Assembly (NCBI GenBank): GCA_050084515.1
Contig: CM114271.1
Location: 35,774,001-35,838,000, forward strand
Source: Blasia pusilla
Taxonomy: Eukaryota
DNA length: 64,000 nt
Direction of reading: 5' to 3'
Shown here in pieces: positions 1 through 13,900 of the stretch. Under the pieces are notes generated by a model. The model was not told the origin of the DNA. It did no database searches and saw only the letters and a list, made by a program, of their open reading frames with translations. Numbering within the stretch: position 1 is the first letter of the stretch; each line of letters opens with the position of its first letter. The position numbers were made by a program, and so were the translations under genes.

Positions 1-3000
1 ATCTGTAGGATGTCCCGGGCGAATCCTCACCACAACCTCATATCGGGTGATATACTATGTGATACTTACTCCACCCAAGGATGTTTGTATCCGAAATCAA
101 CAACGCTCTACATCGACTCTCATCAAGCCCAATCCTCTTACTAATGCTTTCCCCAACATCAGGGGTTGCGCTCATGAATCCAACAAGACGCGTTACGAAC
201 TAAAAGCTCTACCTTGGGGACTCACCAAGTGGAAGACCTCACCCCGGCTATCCAGCAATACAACACCAAGAGAAGCCATGGCACGCTCTATCGCGGGTTT
301 AACGGGCATCTCCTCCATCTTAGCAGCCGCAGCTTGCCATGAATATGACGTGGACGGCATGAGCATCCGTTCCAAGGGCAGGTCCATCACCTCCTGTGCA
401 ATCACCTCTGAACGTGATGCAGGAACTCCAACTCCATGCTCACATAGCGTAGCGGCCAGTCGGAACACCTCCACAGCCGTACCTCCCAATGTCATAACAT
501 CGGAAGCATAAAATAGCGGAGCACGGTACACCATCGTGGCCGCCCCCAACATCGTACTCGACACATCCTCCTTGTGAGCATCAGCAATCGGAGTCGTCGC
601 ACTTGATTATCCCATTGCCCTCCGCGCCTTTGCGCCTCCACACCAATAACATCACCAACTCTTTGGGAACTCTGATCAAGATCCATCGATGGGGTCCTCA
701 TTGCCTCCGACAACGTGAAAGATTGAGGAAGCCTGGTATATTTCTTGGCTTCTCCTTGCTGTGGATCCAACTCTCAAGCTGTTCCACGCGTCACAACTAT
801 GGCACCCTCCATCTGGGCAACCCCGCACATCCAACCAGGATCCTCCATATCTCTGGTTGCTCCATATGATGTTCATGCCACGGATCCGGCATCGGGTAAC
901 CTCAACGCCATAGCGGCAACCGCTCTTGTAGTCGCCAGATCGGAGACCATCCCCCTCACGCGGCGGCGTCTCCTCGACGCAGCGTCTAGGTGGTGGGACT
1001 CTACCTCCTCCACGGGTAGCTCCACCACCCTGTCGGGAAACTCGAGCTCCTTGTCCCCCAGCAAGACCACCCGGTGCACGACCTCTAGGCGCACTCGGAC
1101 CGGCTACTCGCTCTGGTGCCCTCTCTGGCCCTCGGTCCGGATGTAACTCAGGGTGTAAACTAAAACACCTGGCGCGTGTGTGACCATACCTCTAATAATA
1201 GTCATACTGATAACCTCTTGGTGGAGCACCATCTCCTCCTCCATGTTGAGGCACACGTCCATGACCCTGATGAGTGCAATCGTGCGGATGATGGGCTCCA
1301 CCACATAACCAACAAGTAATCGTAGGCCACTGCTGTTGAGCTGCATATGAAGGTGTAGGTCTCTGTGGCATGGCCTCCCCGTATCCTCCCTGAGCTCGGA
1401 GAGCCATAGTCAACCTATCTTGGAGTCCATGTTGCTACACTAATGGTGCAGGCAATCGTAACTGCTCTCGCCCAGAACCCATGGTGGCTACGTTCTCCTC
1501 TACCATGTTGCGCTCAATGTTCTTGATAGTCCTAAGAACATCTCTCAACCTAGGTGAGGTGTTCATAAGAAGTATCCCCTCTCGCACCCATGTTCGCAGA
1601 GTCCGATCCAACATCGCATACCATGATTGGATAGCCTGAGCCTTAGTCACCACTGAGTGACGTTGATCAACCGGCGCAAGCGAGTGTAAGCCTCACACAA
1701 ACTCTCACCTGGGCGCCTCTGGAAGTCGTGGATGCTCCGCAACTTCTCCGTTCGTATCCCCTGGTAGCTCGCCCTCAACTCAGCGAAGAACTCAACCACG
1801 GGGTTCAACCTGGGACGAACCCGACTGGAAAGTGCAACTGCTCCAATGCAAGTTACCCCTCTTAAAACATCACTGGTGGAAGAGGAAGTAGCCTCTCCTG
1901 ACTCCTCCTCCTCATCTGGGAACGGCTCCGTCCATGATACATAGTGTGGGTCATAGTAGAGTCGCCATGCCTCAATCTCTTGGGCATATCTATGGAAGAA
2001 CTCATGATAATTGCCCATGATGCCCCCTCTAAATGCTAGAACATACCGTTCCATGCTATAAATGGGTTGAACTCTCTAGAGTTCCTAGCCGGCTGTGAGT
2101 GGCACCAACTCCTAAACTCCGCAAAGAAGTCGTGCAACTCTATTGTGCCTACTGCACCTGAGAACCTACGCATTCCTCTATCTCGGTAGTCCATCTTGTA
2201 CGCCCAAAGAGTAGAACTACTGAATGTGAGTGGCAAAGCAATACTCAACTCCTTTATGACCTCCTCCTTGTCTGAAGATGACACAGAAGGAGGTCGAGGT
2301 GGTCCTGCACATGGAGACCCTCGAAACCTCGCGCCACTCCACGTAAATCCTCTAGAGCTACTCTCTTGTCCACCACCTTGCCTCTCAAAGTCCCGAAAGG
2401 ATGCCGTGATGACTCTCGTGCCCCCCTCACACAATCACTCTCAACCTCGCGAGTAATCACGCAATCACTCAATCTAACATGCGGCACTCAAGCTACACTC
2501 TCTCACCAAGACGTGTGGTATGTGGTAACAAGCGGCGTGGTAAGGCAAATCAACTAATCTATAGTCTCATCCATAAACCATCCTCAACTCTGGACATCCC
2601 ACACATATGTCCCCTCAACCCATATGTCATCGATGCTCTCACCATCAACACGAAACCCAATATCACAAATAACTTCCCATTACCCAGAATTCCCTCACAC
2701 GTGCAAGGTAAGAGACCCGAATGGGTAACCTGACAATAATGTCGATGTTGCTCCTCGGCAACTACAAATCTCGATCCCAACGTGGTTGTGAAGATAACTC
2801 CTCCAATCAGCAAGTCGTACTCCTCTTGTACTGACACTGCTCAAACCTCCTCAATATGCGGTACGGATCTAGCGGTACGGTGCAGTAGTGGCTACACACG
2901 CTCTACTCCTCAGTGAAGGAGCGGCTCCATGATCAAGATAGTGAGGTGCGGCCACGAGCGGCATGGCACGGCAATTGGCGGCGCGTTATGGCTACGGGCG

Positions 3001-4445
3001 TCACGGCACGGTACTCGATCGTCGTTGAGCGGCTACCAATCACAACATAGCACAATGAAATGAAAACTCAAACACCATAACCCGAGGTCACCTACCATCA
3101 TTGGTTGATGACAAAACTGTGATGACGGTGGCAGCCAAAACAAAGTACGTGGTGGCGGTGCAAGTTTGAGAATCAACGGTCGTCGTGGAAGACCTTCCAC
3201 TCTGTTTGGCAACCAAGGGTGGACCACGGCTTAACCCGGCTCTAAGCAGCACTAGGCGGTAGAGGCGGCTGACGGTGGACTGCAAACCATTGATGGTGAT
3301 GGTTGACCTTTGATGGTGATGGTGACGGTTGACCTTCAATGGTGGATAGATGACGGCGGCGGCGTGGCGGCTGGTTTAGGGTTTGAACAATTTTACCCTA
3401 AAAATCGCCTAGCAATGGCAGTTTTGCAAGATTGAACATAACTTTTTGCTCGAAACTCCAAATTGCATATTGTTTATTGCACAGGGTGCATAGATTGACG
3501 ATCTATGATGGCGTTAAAAAATATTTTGAATCGGATATTTCAGTAAAAAATGACGGGGACTATTGTAAATCCCAACATCTCTTTCTCCTACACAAAATTT
3601 GGCAGCGCATCCGCGCTGATTTCTTCCAACAAAAATGTAAAACTTGTGAAACCACAAATCAATAAGCTATATGGTGCTCCCAAGAGCACTAGAATGGGGA
3701 AATTTGCTCCCATACTCAATCCCTATCAAAAATTGGGCAGCGCTTCCACGCGCCACTCTTCCACACGAAAAAATCGGCAAAGGAAACATAAAAAATGAGC
3801 GGCTCCGGCTCCGATAAGCACTCCCATGAACCACTAAATGGGGAAGAAGATCCCTAATGTGCAAAACCATTTAGTGACCAGCGAGCTTCCCCATGAAGCT
3901 CTCTCACTCATCTCATTCTCTCTTTGTAAATCAAGATCCAATCTCTCTCAACACCATAGCTCTCAAATGTGTGTACTCTCACATGTCTCTCTCAATGTAA
4001 AACCAAACCCACTCTCCTAATGAAAGACTTGGGTTACACACACAAGGCAAGCAAGACCATAGCTCTGCCGCCGCCTCATGCCAAGAGGTTCAACAAAGAG
4101 AGAATGAGCTCTCAAACTCTCTCTTCTTGAGGTAAATCCCTCCCCTCTCCCAAGCTCTCTCCATGGTAACCTATGCTCCCAAGTCACCTCCTTGGCTCGT
4201 GACCTGATGTAGGAGGTCAAGGGCCACTTACCAAAACTATAAAATCAACCATATACTCAAAATGGTACTTACCTAAAATTGTAAGTTTCTCAATATTGCT
4301 CCAAATGAGTCGAAACGAAGGGAAAATCTGCTCTCTCAGGTTTCCCGGGGCCTTAGCAGATCATCCTCGACCTCCTGAGCATGTCCTCCACTACTCGTGA
4401 AGGCGCTCTACTAGATCTCATCGATCTATTCTAAAAGACGTGACA
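1..4445 (-). mobile_element. Ty3/gypsy-like split-repeat retrotransposon, copy 1 (5' part: A repeat, leader, gag, protease; runs off the left window edge)
   Basis: Minus strand begins TGTCACGTCTTTTAG at 4445. Colinear with 42440-48126. Gag fragments (IELHDFFAEFRSWC; zinc knuckle CWLCGGAHHPHDC ~1270-1315) and protease-like RVLLDS*AQPLMLG ~150-195. Contains stops and frameshifts. Confidence 0.9.
3925..4445 (-). repeat. A repeat (5' terminal repeat) of copy 1
   Basis: Highly similar to 47608-48126 and 39254-39748; ends ...AAAAGACGTGACA on +. Confidence 0.85.
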
Positions 4446-5449
4446 ACATCCACTTTGATTCAGATTATTCACCATCAATCTATATGGCCCCCTTGTATGA
4501 GGAGAAGCCTACATTAATGGTCATGACTTAGATGTTAAAGGAGTTATAATAAAATGATGTAGAGTTATTAGGATAATCTAATTAACCCTATCTTACATCA
4601 AGGTGCGCGTACGGGAAGGGGGGGATTTTCTATTCATAGCTAGAATAGAAGAACATAGATCAAAACCCCTAGTTTTCTTAGTAGTCAAATAGTTGGGGGA
4701 CTATAGTGGTAGTGTATTCTGATATATTAAGTTTTTCTTTATGTTGAAGTTCTATCGAAGCTTTATTCTGACCGCACAAATAGACTAGGCGACTTTTTAG
4801 TTTTAAGATTTACTATATATTTCAATGACTTCTTCACATTCTTTTTTTCTCTCACAAAATGTAACCACTACATGCATAACATACAATAAAATAGAAATAA
4901 TATGTCACATTAACTCTACCTCTTGTCAAACTCTGATGTGACAAGGATGAGGGAAAGACAAGAAAGATGCAAGACCCTTAAGCTTAGTTCCAATTCTAGA
5001 GCAAGTAGCAAGGAAGATGGTATTAATCAAGAAGGGGAGAGACAATGAAGTTAGCCATGAAATAGAAAGGACCGTAAGATAACCATAAGACGCCAAATAG
5101 AGGGAGTTAAGACAAATTCTAACAGACGCTAGCCATGAGACATGGAAAATGCGAGTTGAGGTTGCAAGATGAATTTGGGAAAGTCAAGATGTGCAAAATC
5201 TTCCAAAAGACTTCCCCAAGTCATCTTGGGGATTAACTAGTCAAACACGGATTGGTAAGATGTGAGCCACATTTGGATTATTGACCAAAATTAAGGGCCT
5301 AGAGCACATGATGGGAAAGAAAAAAAGAACCCTAAAATTACCTATAGGGGGGACACACTCTCCCCATGTGCTTAAGTCTTGGACAAGGGATTAACCATGT
5401 TTCAGATTTAAGCTAAAAAAATGATCGAGACACACCTCACTGGAAGAAA

Positions 5450-6135
5450 TCTTGCATTATATGACTCTAATCAATGACTAGGTTTGGTCGTTATAGACAA
5501 TAAATGACTCATAACCATTAGAGTCATATAAACCAAATCATTTGCAAGAAATGTCCGAGGCTATTGGCTTAGTATATGACTAAAGTCATCAATGAGTGAG
5601 TCATTAATATGTCTAAGTCTAATATATATAAAATCTGACATGTCACTCATAAGTTTTACAAATGAATGACACGTGTATATAATGACTCACTCATAAATAT
5701 ACTTTCTATGTCATCAAATAATATGTCATAGTGATTAGGATCATCAACATTGAATCAAATGCAATCACGTGTCATCTTCCATTGGCATGAATGACTAAGT
5801 CATAAACTCAATTGCTAAAGATGTTGACAAGGATTACTACTTATCATATAATACAATATGGAAGTATATTTTGTCAAATGACCTTGTGACATGTGGTGGA
5901 AAAGATTTAGTCACGTACATTCTATTCAATAACCATACACTTCATTTTATATGACTATATGAGTCATTTTAAATTATCATAAGTCTTTTGATATAACAAG
6001 TCTTTATGATTGCATTAGTCATGCACACGACTATATCAATCATTATTGTATGACTATCAGCCATACCTAATTATTGTGTAAGATGATAGGTTGATTGTTT
6101 AAATCTTTTTCTTGACTATGTTAGTCATTGTTATG
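5450..6135. repeat. AT-rich tract densely studded with ATGACT/AGTCAT motifs in both orientations
   Basis: More than a dozen copies visible, several as palindromic pairs (ATGACTAAGTCAT ~5791, ATGACTATATGAGTCAT ~5951, TGACTATGTTAGTCA ~6113). Confidence 0.5.
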
Positions 6136-9100
6136 TTATAGATTATATGAGCGATATCCAATCTCAATGGTTGTATCTCATGTGTGAATTCAGGGGTCAT
6201 ATGTATAACTTTGCCGGTAATATGATGTCCTTATGTTCACATAATTAGAGATTCTCTCAATCATATCCTTCCGTAATATGAAGGTAAACCTTACTAGCGT
6301 AAATATTGGTGAGAATAGATAGAGTTTGATACATAGGGGTCCAAATCATGGACATGTTTTGAGTGTGTAAATTTTTTGTACTTGCCAGAAAATTTTTTAT
6401 ATCCACCATTCGTAAATCTAGAAATTTTCCGAATCTACAGTTCAAAATTTACTTCGTGATTGATATGTCCTTAAGTGCTCTGATCCGCACATTTGGGCTC
6501 TCTTGGATACCAAGGTTAGAGCACAATGTGAATATTAACTACCAAGGTTAGAGATCCTATTATAAAGGCTTGGATTATAAAGAGCTTGCTCAGGTCATAT
6601 ATATCACAAATATATGTACAAATCTTTATCCATCACACTAGAAGAGCATTTATTGCAAAATAATTGAACTTGTATTTTGAACATGGGAATAATTGTTCCA
6701 AGAAACTTTCCAAAGGAGATAAATATGCAATATTTAATCAAGGCCTTTTTGTGACTTTATAGATCCTGTGGTATCTGCTGAAGGTTTCATTGCTCGGTGG
6801 AAAGGTCAAGAACTTGTATTTTATGACTACTTCCAAGAATATTGGGTTCCCGGCATCCATGGTTGGGCCACCCAATATTGGAGCATTGTAAGGAGAGAAA
6901 ATCATAATATAACTAGTGCTATGGAGCATTGACATTCCATGGTGAAGACTAACTTGAAAGCTTCAAGGAGAACTAAATGTCAACGTCGCCTATCATGGCT
7001 ATTGCATGTGTCAGTGGACATAATAGAGTGTTTCATAATGGATGATTCCAAGGAGGAATATGTTGTAATTGAGTACGTGTTTTCTCATAAAATCTCCAAT
7101 CAAATGCTAATATATTTATTATTGTATTGTATAATGTTGAATAGTATAATTTTTATAATCAAACACTTCCAAAGGGTTGAGTACTTAAAAAGTTTAATTT
7201 TTGTCACCTTTATTGTATATAGAGATGTCTTCTTGAGTGTCATGATGTTTCTCTGCATATGGCAAGCTTGGATCAAGGTCAACCGGGAATCTCCGATGAG
7301 ATGGTGAGTTATGCTCTTGCATGTTGGTGAGCGGTGTTTTCGGATGCTTCTTCATATATGCTCCCTCGATCATGTATTCTCTTTCGTTTTTGGGCCTCCT
7401 ACGCTGATACGGGGGAGGGGAAGTGGTCAGGAGGAAGGGAACCCTTTATTGCATCTTCTAAGCCTTGAGCATGCTCAAGGGTGAGTCTCTCTCCCCAAGG
7501 AGGACTATTGCCAAAGTGCGACTTCTTCCACTAACTCAAATGTATACTAGAATCTTCTTGAGATATGGGAGACCATTTAGAACTCTCCAATGGTTGGAGA
7601 TTCTATACACCATAATGCTTTTTCGATGAAGTGATCTTGGATACACTCTTTCAATTCCCTGCCATCATGATGACTTCTTTGTTGTGATTCTGGTTGCATT
7701 GTTGGATTTTTTTGGTAATTTCATTCTATTTTGTACCCTTTTTGAGAATGGTTCTAGGTATGAGATAGTTTTTGAATAGCTCGGGAGGTGTTGGAGTTGA
7801 AGTCAAACTTGGAGTAGCACTTCAAACCGGAAGTTGTTGGAGATGGGAGTTGACTCAGAGTTGCTGAACTTGCTGAGTTGGGAGGAGGTCTTCGAAGCGA
7901 CTTGTAAGAGTAGGAGAGCTACATTCTACTACATTCACATCTCAATAGTATCATGTATGAAGGACTTAGTGGAGCTTAGAGACTCTTATACAACCTACGT
8001 TAGAGATATACAATTGTAACTGTTTGCACACATCATCAAATCTCACAAGTTAAGCTCAATGGCTTGTGTAAATTGTAAATGTTTGCATGCATGAGTAAGT
8101 GGATGTAAGACTTGACTTTACCTTTGTGAGGGGTTGAAGTGCGCACAATGACTTTGAGAGTTTCTAGTTTGGACGTAAGGAATAAATACGGTCTACTCTG
8201 CAAGCTCCTCCCAAGCTTTAAAACCCTAAAGGCAGCCTATCTCCCCCTGACAACTCTCGAAGAAGTGAGAGGGCCATTTCATTGACGCATCTCCCTTGTC
8301 GATAAGCTCTTAACTATCACCGGGATCGAAAATTTGAATGTGTTTGAAGAAAGCCGTTAGAAGCTATTGCGGCATATGCATCAAAACCGTGAAATGTCCC
8401 ATCAAACGCTTGTGAAAAACATGTGTGAGAAAAGAAAAGTATGCCATTGCTTGATTGGCTGAAAATGCCACGTGTCACGAGCTTAGCACGACGAGAGGGC
8501 ACTCTCCCTTAATAGTTTAGATGATGGGAGAAAAAAGCAAAAGAGGAAGAAGAGAGGGAAAGAAAAAAGGAGGTATTTTGTTTGGAACTAGTTCTAGGAG
8601 CTCATCGTGAAGGTGTCGTCTATGGTAGGAGCTCGAGGAAGATTCTCCTTTCATTTCAGCAGAGAAAGCTCCAAACCTCAAGCACTCTCCCCCTTCCCTA
8701 GGCAAGACCCGAGACTCATTCCCATTCGACGAAAGGAGGACGATTCATCACTCCCACGAATACACGATGGCGATGAGATGGTGTGGACTCTGTGAACACC
8801 ACTTTCACGAACAGGCTCCCCAAGAGGTGATCCCTTTCGTCGTCACGAAACAAGTTTGCTTGTCCAAAGCACGGAGCTTTCACGGAGATCCCACGACTCG
8901 GCGGACGTGCTTTCGGCAGGTGGCTGGACAAGGAAGAGGAAGGAGCCCAACCGCTGCCACCGGTGACCGAGATCCGTAGATGTTAATCCCTGGATGTTAA
9001 AGGTCAGATCCACTGAAGGCGCTAACAGTTAGGGATGTTTGACCGCTGCGGGGAGAAGACTTTCAGTCGATGTTCTAATCCGATGGATTGGAACGACGAC

Positions 9101-9551
9101 TCGTAACAGTGAAGAGATCTGCTTTTTCTGGCGAGTCAGGAGTACCTAACGTGGACTTAACGGGCAGTTAACGATCGGCCCGTGACATCCGATGCTCCCG
9201 GTGGTCGACGAGTGGAGAAAACACTCCACCGGCGTAGGCCGGTGGGCTCGACCCGATGCTGTCGGTGGTCAGGGTTTCGTAGGGCGTGAAGGCGAGGAGG
9301 AGGAGGAGGAGGAGAGAGGGGGGGGAGGAGCTGAGAATGAAGTGAGAGAGGGGAACAAGAGGAAGAGGCGAAAAGCTCGAAGAAGACCGAACCCTAAGAC
9401 GAGCGAGAGGGGAAGAGGTCACGGAATCGATGAGCGCTCATTCATTCATTTTCATGATAGTGGCGCAAGGGGAGAGCGAGGTAATCGGATCTGGAGAGAG
9501 AGGAGGGGCGCGAGGAATTGTGCGGTGAGTGGTGGTGGAGAATCGGGTGGG

Positions 9552-10958
9552 ATGTCGGGCAAGAAGCCCGAGGAGAAAGTGCCACTAGGGTCACTGCGGA
9601 ACAACGCGAGTGCGAGGAGCAATGGAGCAGCAGAAGGAGGTGGGACGACGGGGGCGGGAGGAGGATCGGAGGAGTCGATCAGCGGGGAGAACAACGCGGC
9701 AGGCACCACCGATTCGCGAGAATTGACGGAGTTTCGGAGAGGAGGAGTCGAGAATCTGAGCAAGAAAACAAAGAAGATTTCGGTGTCGGATAAACGGCAC
9801 ATGTTTTGGGAGACCCAGCCGGTAGGGCAGTACAAGGATAAGGATCAGGATCTGGCCGAGGGTGCCATAGAGCCACCACAAGACGTGGCGGATGTGCGCG
9901 CGGAGCCTTACAACCTGCCCAGTACGTATGAATGGAGCACATGCGATATCACTTCCGATCATACAATGAAGGAAATCTATACTTTGCTCACCAATAACTA
10001 TGTGGAAGATGATGACAACATGTTCCGCTTCGATTATTCAGTAGAGTTTCTGCGCTGGGCTCTTAAACCCCCGGGTTACTTCCCTGACTGGCATATAGGA
10101 GTTAGGGCTAAAGGATCGAAAAAGCTCGTGGCTTTCATCACAGGAGTCCCAGCGAAGATCCGCACGGGTGATAATGTGGTATTGATGGCGGAGATCAATT
10201 TCCTTTGTGTGCATAAGAAGCTCAGGTCCAAGAGGTTGGCTCCGGTTCTGATCAAGGAGGTCACCAGAAGAGTACATTTGCAAAATATATGGCAAGCGGC
10301 ATACACAGCTGGAGTAGTCCTTCCGACTCCAATTTGCACTTGCCAGTATTGGCACAGATCTCTTAATCCTAAGAAACTCATAGATGTCGGATTTTCGAGG
10401 TTGGCCCCTCGTATGACTATGAATCGGACAATCAAGCTCCACCGACTGCCGGAAGTGACGTCTACGTCTGGTTTTCGAATCATGGAGAGACGAGATGTTC
10501 CTGCCGTCACCCGACTCTTGCGTGATTATCTCTCCCAGTTCGTCGTGGCTCCCCTGTTCACAGAGGAAGACATCGAGTATTTGCTCCTGCCAATAGAGAA
10601 TGTTGTGAACAGTTATGTGGTTGAGAATCCTTCATCTCACGAGGTCACCGACTTTTGCAGTTTTTATACTCTTCCCTCGACTATCATAGGAAACGATAAT
10701 TACAGCGTGCTCAAGGCTGCTTACTCTTATTACAATGTGGCCACATCTACTCCTCTGCTGAATCTCATGAACGACGCCCTCGTAATGGCGAAGCGGCAAG
10801 AATATGACGTGTTTAACGCATTGGATATCATGCACAACGAGCCTTTCTTGAAGGACTTGAAATTTGGACCTGGAGATGGGCATCTTCACTACTACCTATA
10901 CAACTACCGGCTCAGGAATCAATTAAAACCCTCCGAATTGGGTCTTGTCCTGTTATAG
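9552..10958 (+). CDS. NMT1: Glycylpeptide N-tetradecanoyltransferase (N-myristoyltransferase), intronless, ~468 aa
   Basis: Uninterrupted ORF with FWETQPV, NYVEDDDNMFRFDYS and the family signatures EINFLCVHKKLRSKRLAPVLIKE and KFGPGDG, ending LGLVLL. Start placed at MSGKK (9552); the upstream ORF extension is purine-rich and UTR-like. Confidence 0.97.
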   Translation: MSGKKPEEKVPLGSLRNNASARSNGAAEGGGTTGAGGGSEESISGENNAAGTTDSRELTEFRRGGVENLSKKTKKISVSDKRHMFWETQPVGQYKDKDQDLAEGAIEPPQDVADVRAEPYNLPSTYEWSTCDITSDHTMKEIYTLLTNNYVEDDDNMFRFDYSVEFLRWALKPPGYFPDWHIGVRAKGSKKLVAFITGVPAKIRTGDNVVLMAEINFLCVHKKLRSKRLAPVLIKEVTRRVHLQNIWQAAYTAGVVLPTPICTCQYWHRSLNPKKLIDVGFSRLAPRMTMNRTIKLHRLPEVTSTSGFRIMERRDVPAVTRLLRDYLSQFVVAPLFTEEDIEYLLLPIENVVNSYVVENPSSHEVTDFCSFYTLPSTIIGNDNYSVLKAAYSYYNVATSTPLLNLMNDALVMAKRQEYDVFNALDIMHNEPFLKDLKFGPGDGHLHYYLYNYRLRNQLKPSELGLVLL

Positions 10959-13900
10959 TCTCCGGCCTCCACAATTCAGCTCGTCAGCAGTTGTATAACA
11001 CCTGTGGCCCTACGCCTCTTCTTTCCAATTTGTGAGAGCTGGTCTCAGTACGTGCTTTTTGCTTAGGTTAACTCTGTCTGCGGAAATCCTACTGTGTACT
11101 TGAGCTCAAATTTCGATTTTGAGATCCCCGTAGTATGAGAGACGTAGGTAAATTTCGGGACTTACTGTCACTTCAGAGATGGAATTGTTGTCCCCTATCC
11201 AATTTTTTTTGTGTGGATCACTCCGTGGTATTGTTATGGACTGGGCCTCCCTTTCTGGTCATTGTAGATCACGTTGGATAGGATAGCCGCCACCAGTGGG
11301 ATGGATTTGGAATTTCAATTTTTATTGCAAGATCAAGCTGTGGTGGTTACTATGGATGAGATATATATGGTGCTTGTGCTGTTTTCGAGTAGGGAAATGT
11401 GCTCACGGCAGCAGTGCTAGGAAGAGGGTCTTCTACCTTGCAGCCCGGACCTGATCTTTCTGAAATGGGAAATTGCAGAGGAAAATGAGGACGGATGATG
11501 ATGATGATGAGTTGGAGCCCACTGGGATCTTCCTCTGCTCTACTCATGTCCTGTTAATCCTTGTGCACAACGTTTCTCCTAGAGTTAACGCTGGAGGGGA
11601 AAAGTTTGTTTCCCCTCTCCACAATGTGCTCTGGGTCTGGTGGTAAACATGGAGATTGTACGCCAGGTCAAATTTTTCGTGCTACAGCATGAGTTCATAC
11701 ACTTCAGTTCATGCAGGGTAGCATTGGTTCCATTCTGTGGTGGGTGAACAGTTATGAAGAGGTTAAGCTGAGGTTGATGAATTGGTGATCTATGAGGGTG
11801 TAATATTACTTTGTTTTAGCGTGAATTCTTGCGCCGGACTAGCTCTTGAAGGGAATCCATTCTTATCAGCTCTCCTGACCAGCATTCAAAAGAATATAAT
11901 TTCACCCGTGTCAGTAACATGGCTTGCACATCGCTAATATTAAATCTCACCGTTTGGTTATAAGTGCTCCTAGTGGTCTAGGATTTTGATCATTTAAAGA
12001 AACTGTCTTATTTTTATGTCATTGAGAATGCCTCTTGTACATCGAGAGTATTTCAGGGACTCGTTGCATAAGTTACTTGTTTTCGTCATTTAGAGTTTGC
12101 TGGGAGTGAAAATGCAGTTATCTAGTGACAAACTCCTCAATCTTAGATACAGCCATATGCAAATATAGGAAGTGAAGAAGAAGTCACTCGTGGATTCAAT
12201 CAACAGGGGCATGTAAAAAGGAGAGTTGGACGGGATTCTTAGGTCTAGAAAATTGTCGGAGAAGGCGGATAGGTTGAGTTTGTACAGTGGTCTCTAGGCA
12301 GTCTATAGAACTAGAGGGTGGGAGGTATGTGTTTTAGGATTAGAATCAAATATCACATACCAATACACTAGTAGAAACTCCTGGAGTAGCAAGTTACCAA
12401 ACCCCAACCTAAAGAGAGGAAAGCTGGATGAATGAAGATACGTATTTGGATGATTGCCATGGATGTCAGGCACCTTGTTACTCCGATGCTGGCCTTAGCT
12501 TTGGAGATGAGATGGACGTGTCTACTTACACAGTCAGCGGTCCCAGGGATGCGGATCTCCTGGTGTATTGTACTTTCACGGTAGTCCTAACTTACACTGG
12601 GTTAGATCGAGACGAACGTGGCAATTAGTGTGTGAGCATTTCCCAGTGTTATTCATGCAGTCACCCTTGGTAGTTTATGTCAACCTCCACTACTCCTCGA
12701 CTTTCGACCAACAGTTCAAATTTGGCAAGTCTGCAATCAAGGTCGTTGGCACGGTCTGAAATTTGAAGGAAAATGGAGACAATGTTTGGTGAAAGGTCGG
12801 GTGAGTTAGTAGAAGTTCCATTGGTCTTCTCAAATGAGGTTTTCACGGCGTACTTAAGTTGGGTGAAAATGAGTGGCGTGCATGAGCTTACAAGGTAATT
12901 CCTACTTGGGAGAGGGATTTGATCTTTCTTTATGGGCGCATCCTCGTGTAGGATCTGGTACAATTTTGCGAATCATTGGGCTCGTCCATGCGTAGAACCT
13001 GGTAGAGTTTTGTAACTGGGATCACCATGGATAAGTTATGGCATCCTAATCAGGCCCAGAGTAAGAGCTTCAAGCAAAGCCCATTGGAAGTACAAACTTG
13101 TCTGGCTTGTGTCAACGACGAGGTTCAGAGCTTCAAGGAGGCTCGTTGAATGTCCGAGGTTGTCGAGCTTGTGTTCCAGAACTCCGGAGCCTCCCAAGAG
13201 ATTTTTACAGGCTGTATGCCCCAGGGGCGTCTGTGTGATGAAGCGTGCCCACATGTATGCTTGCGAATGTAGCGGTGTACTTTCCTCTTTTCTTTTCAAT
13301 CAATGCGTGGGGTTCCAGGGGCACGGATCCAACGGGTTGCACTGGTCCATTTGGTCTCCAACAAAGTGTTGACGAATTGCTTGCTCGTGCCCGAGCTGCT
13401 TGGAATTGGTGCGCACGGCAGAAGGGCTACAGATTGATTGGGTTGGATTGGGCAACTCGATGTCTGAAAAGTCATGGAATGAGTCCTCACTTGACGGGGA
13501 GTATGGGCTAGGAAGAGGTCTATAATCTTGAAGCCAGCCGTATTTGGGAGCATTATTGGTTTCTTTAAAGAGGTTGCATGGGTGGCTAATTTCGGGACCG
13601 ATTGGAACGTGGTATCAAACAAGCGCATTGTAGCAAGGTCGAGCTATTCGTGGTTTGTGCTTTAAAACTTCCGTAGCCTAGCGAGTAATTTCACGGGATC
13701 CACGGGAGCTTCAAGAGCGCCTAGCGTGAAGCGTGTTCATCTCTCTGTCCGACGCCGAATGTGCAGCGTGATATCTTATCGATGCCTGCTGGCAGCGAAG
13801 CTGGAGGGTTAGAGTTTCCCTGCACATGCTTTCCCCGTTTTGTTTGTATCTGATAAATGCCCTGGCAGACTGGAGCACAGATCTTTTGTTGGGTTGTATG

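Noticed and set aside
9192-9551. 120-aa N-terminal extension of the NMT ORF
   Set aside because: Low-complexity GA-rich sequence that looks like promoter/5' UTR; MSGKK at 9552 gives a typical-length protein. Not formally excluded.
12428-12628. YLDD motif in a short ORF
   Set aside because: No other RT motifs could be placed around it; may be chance.
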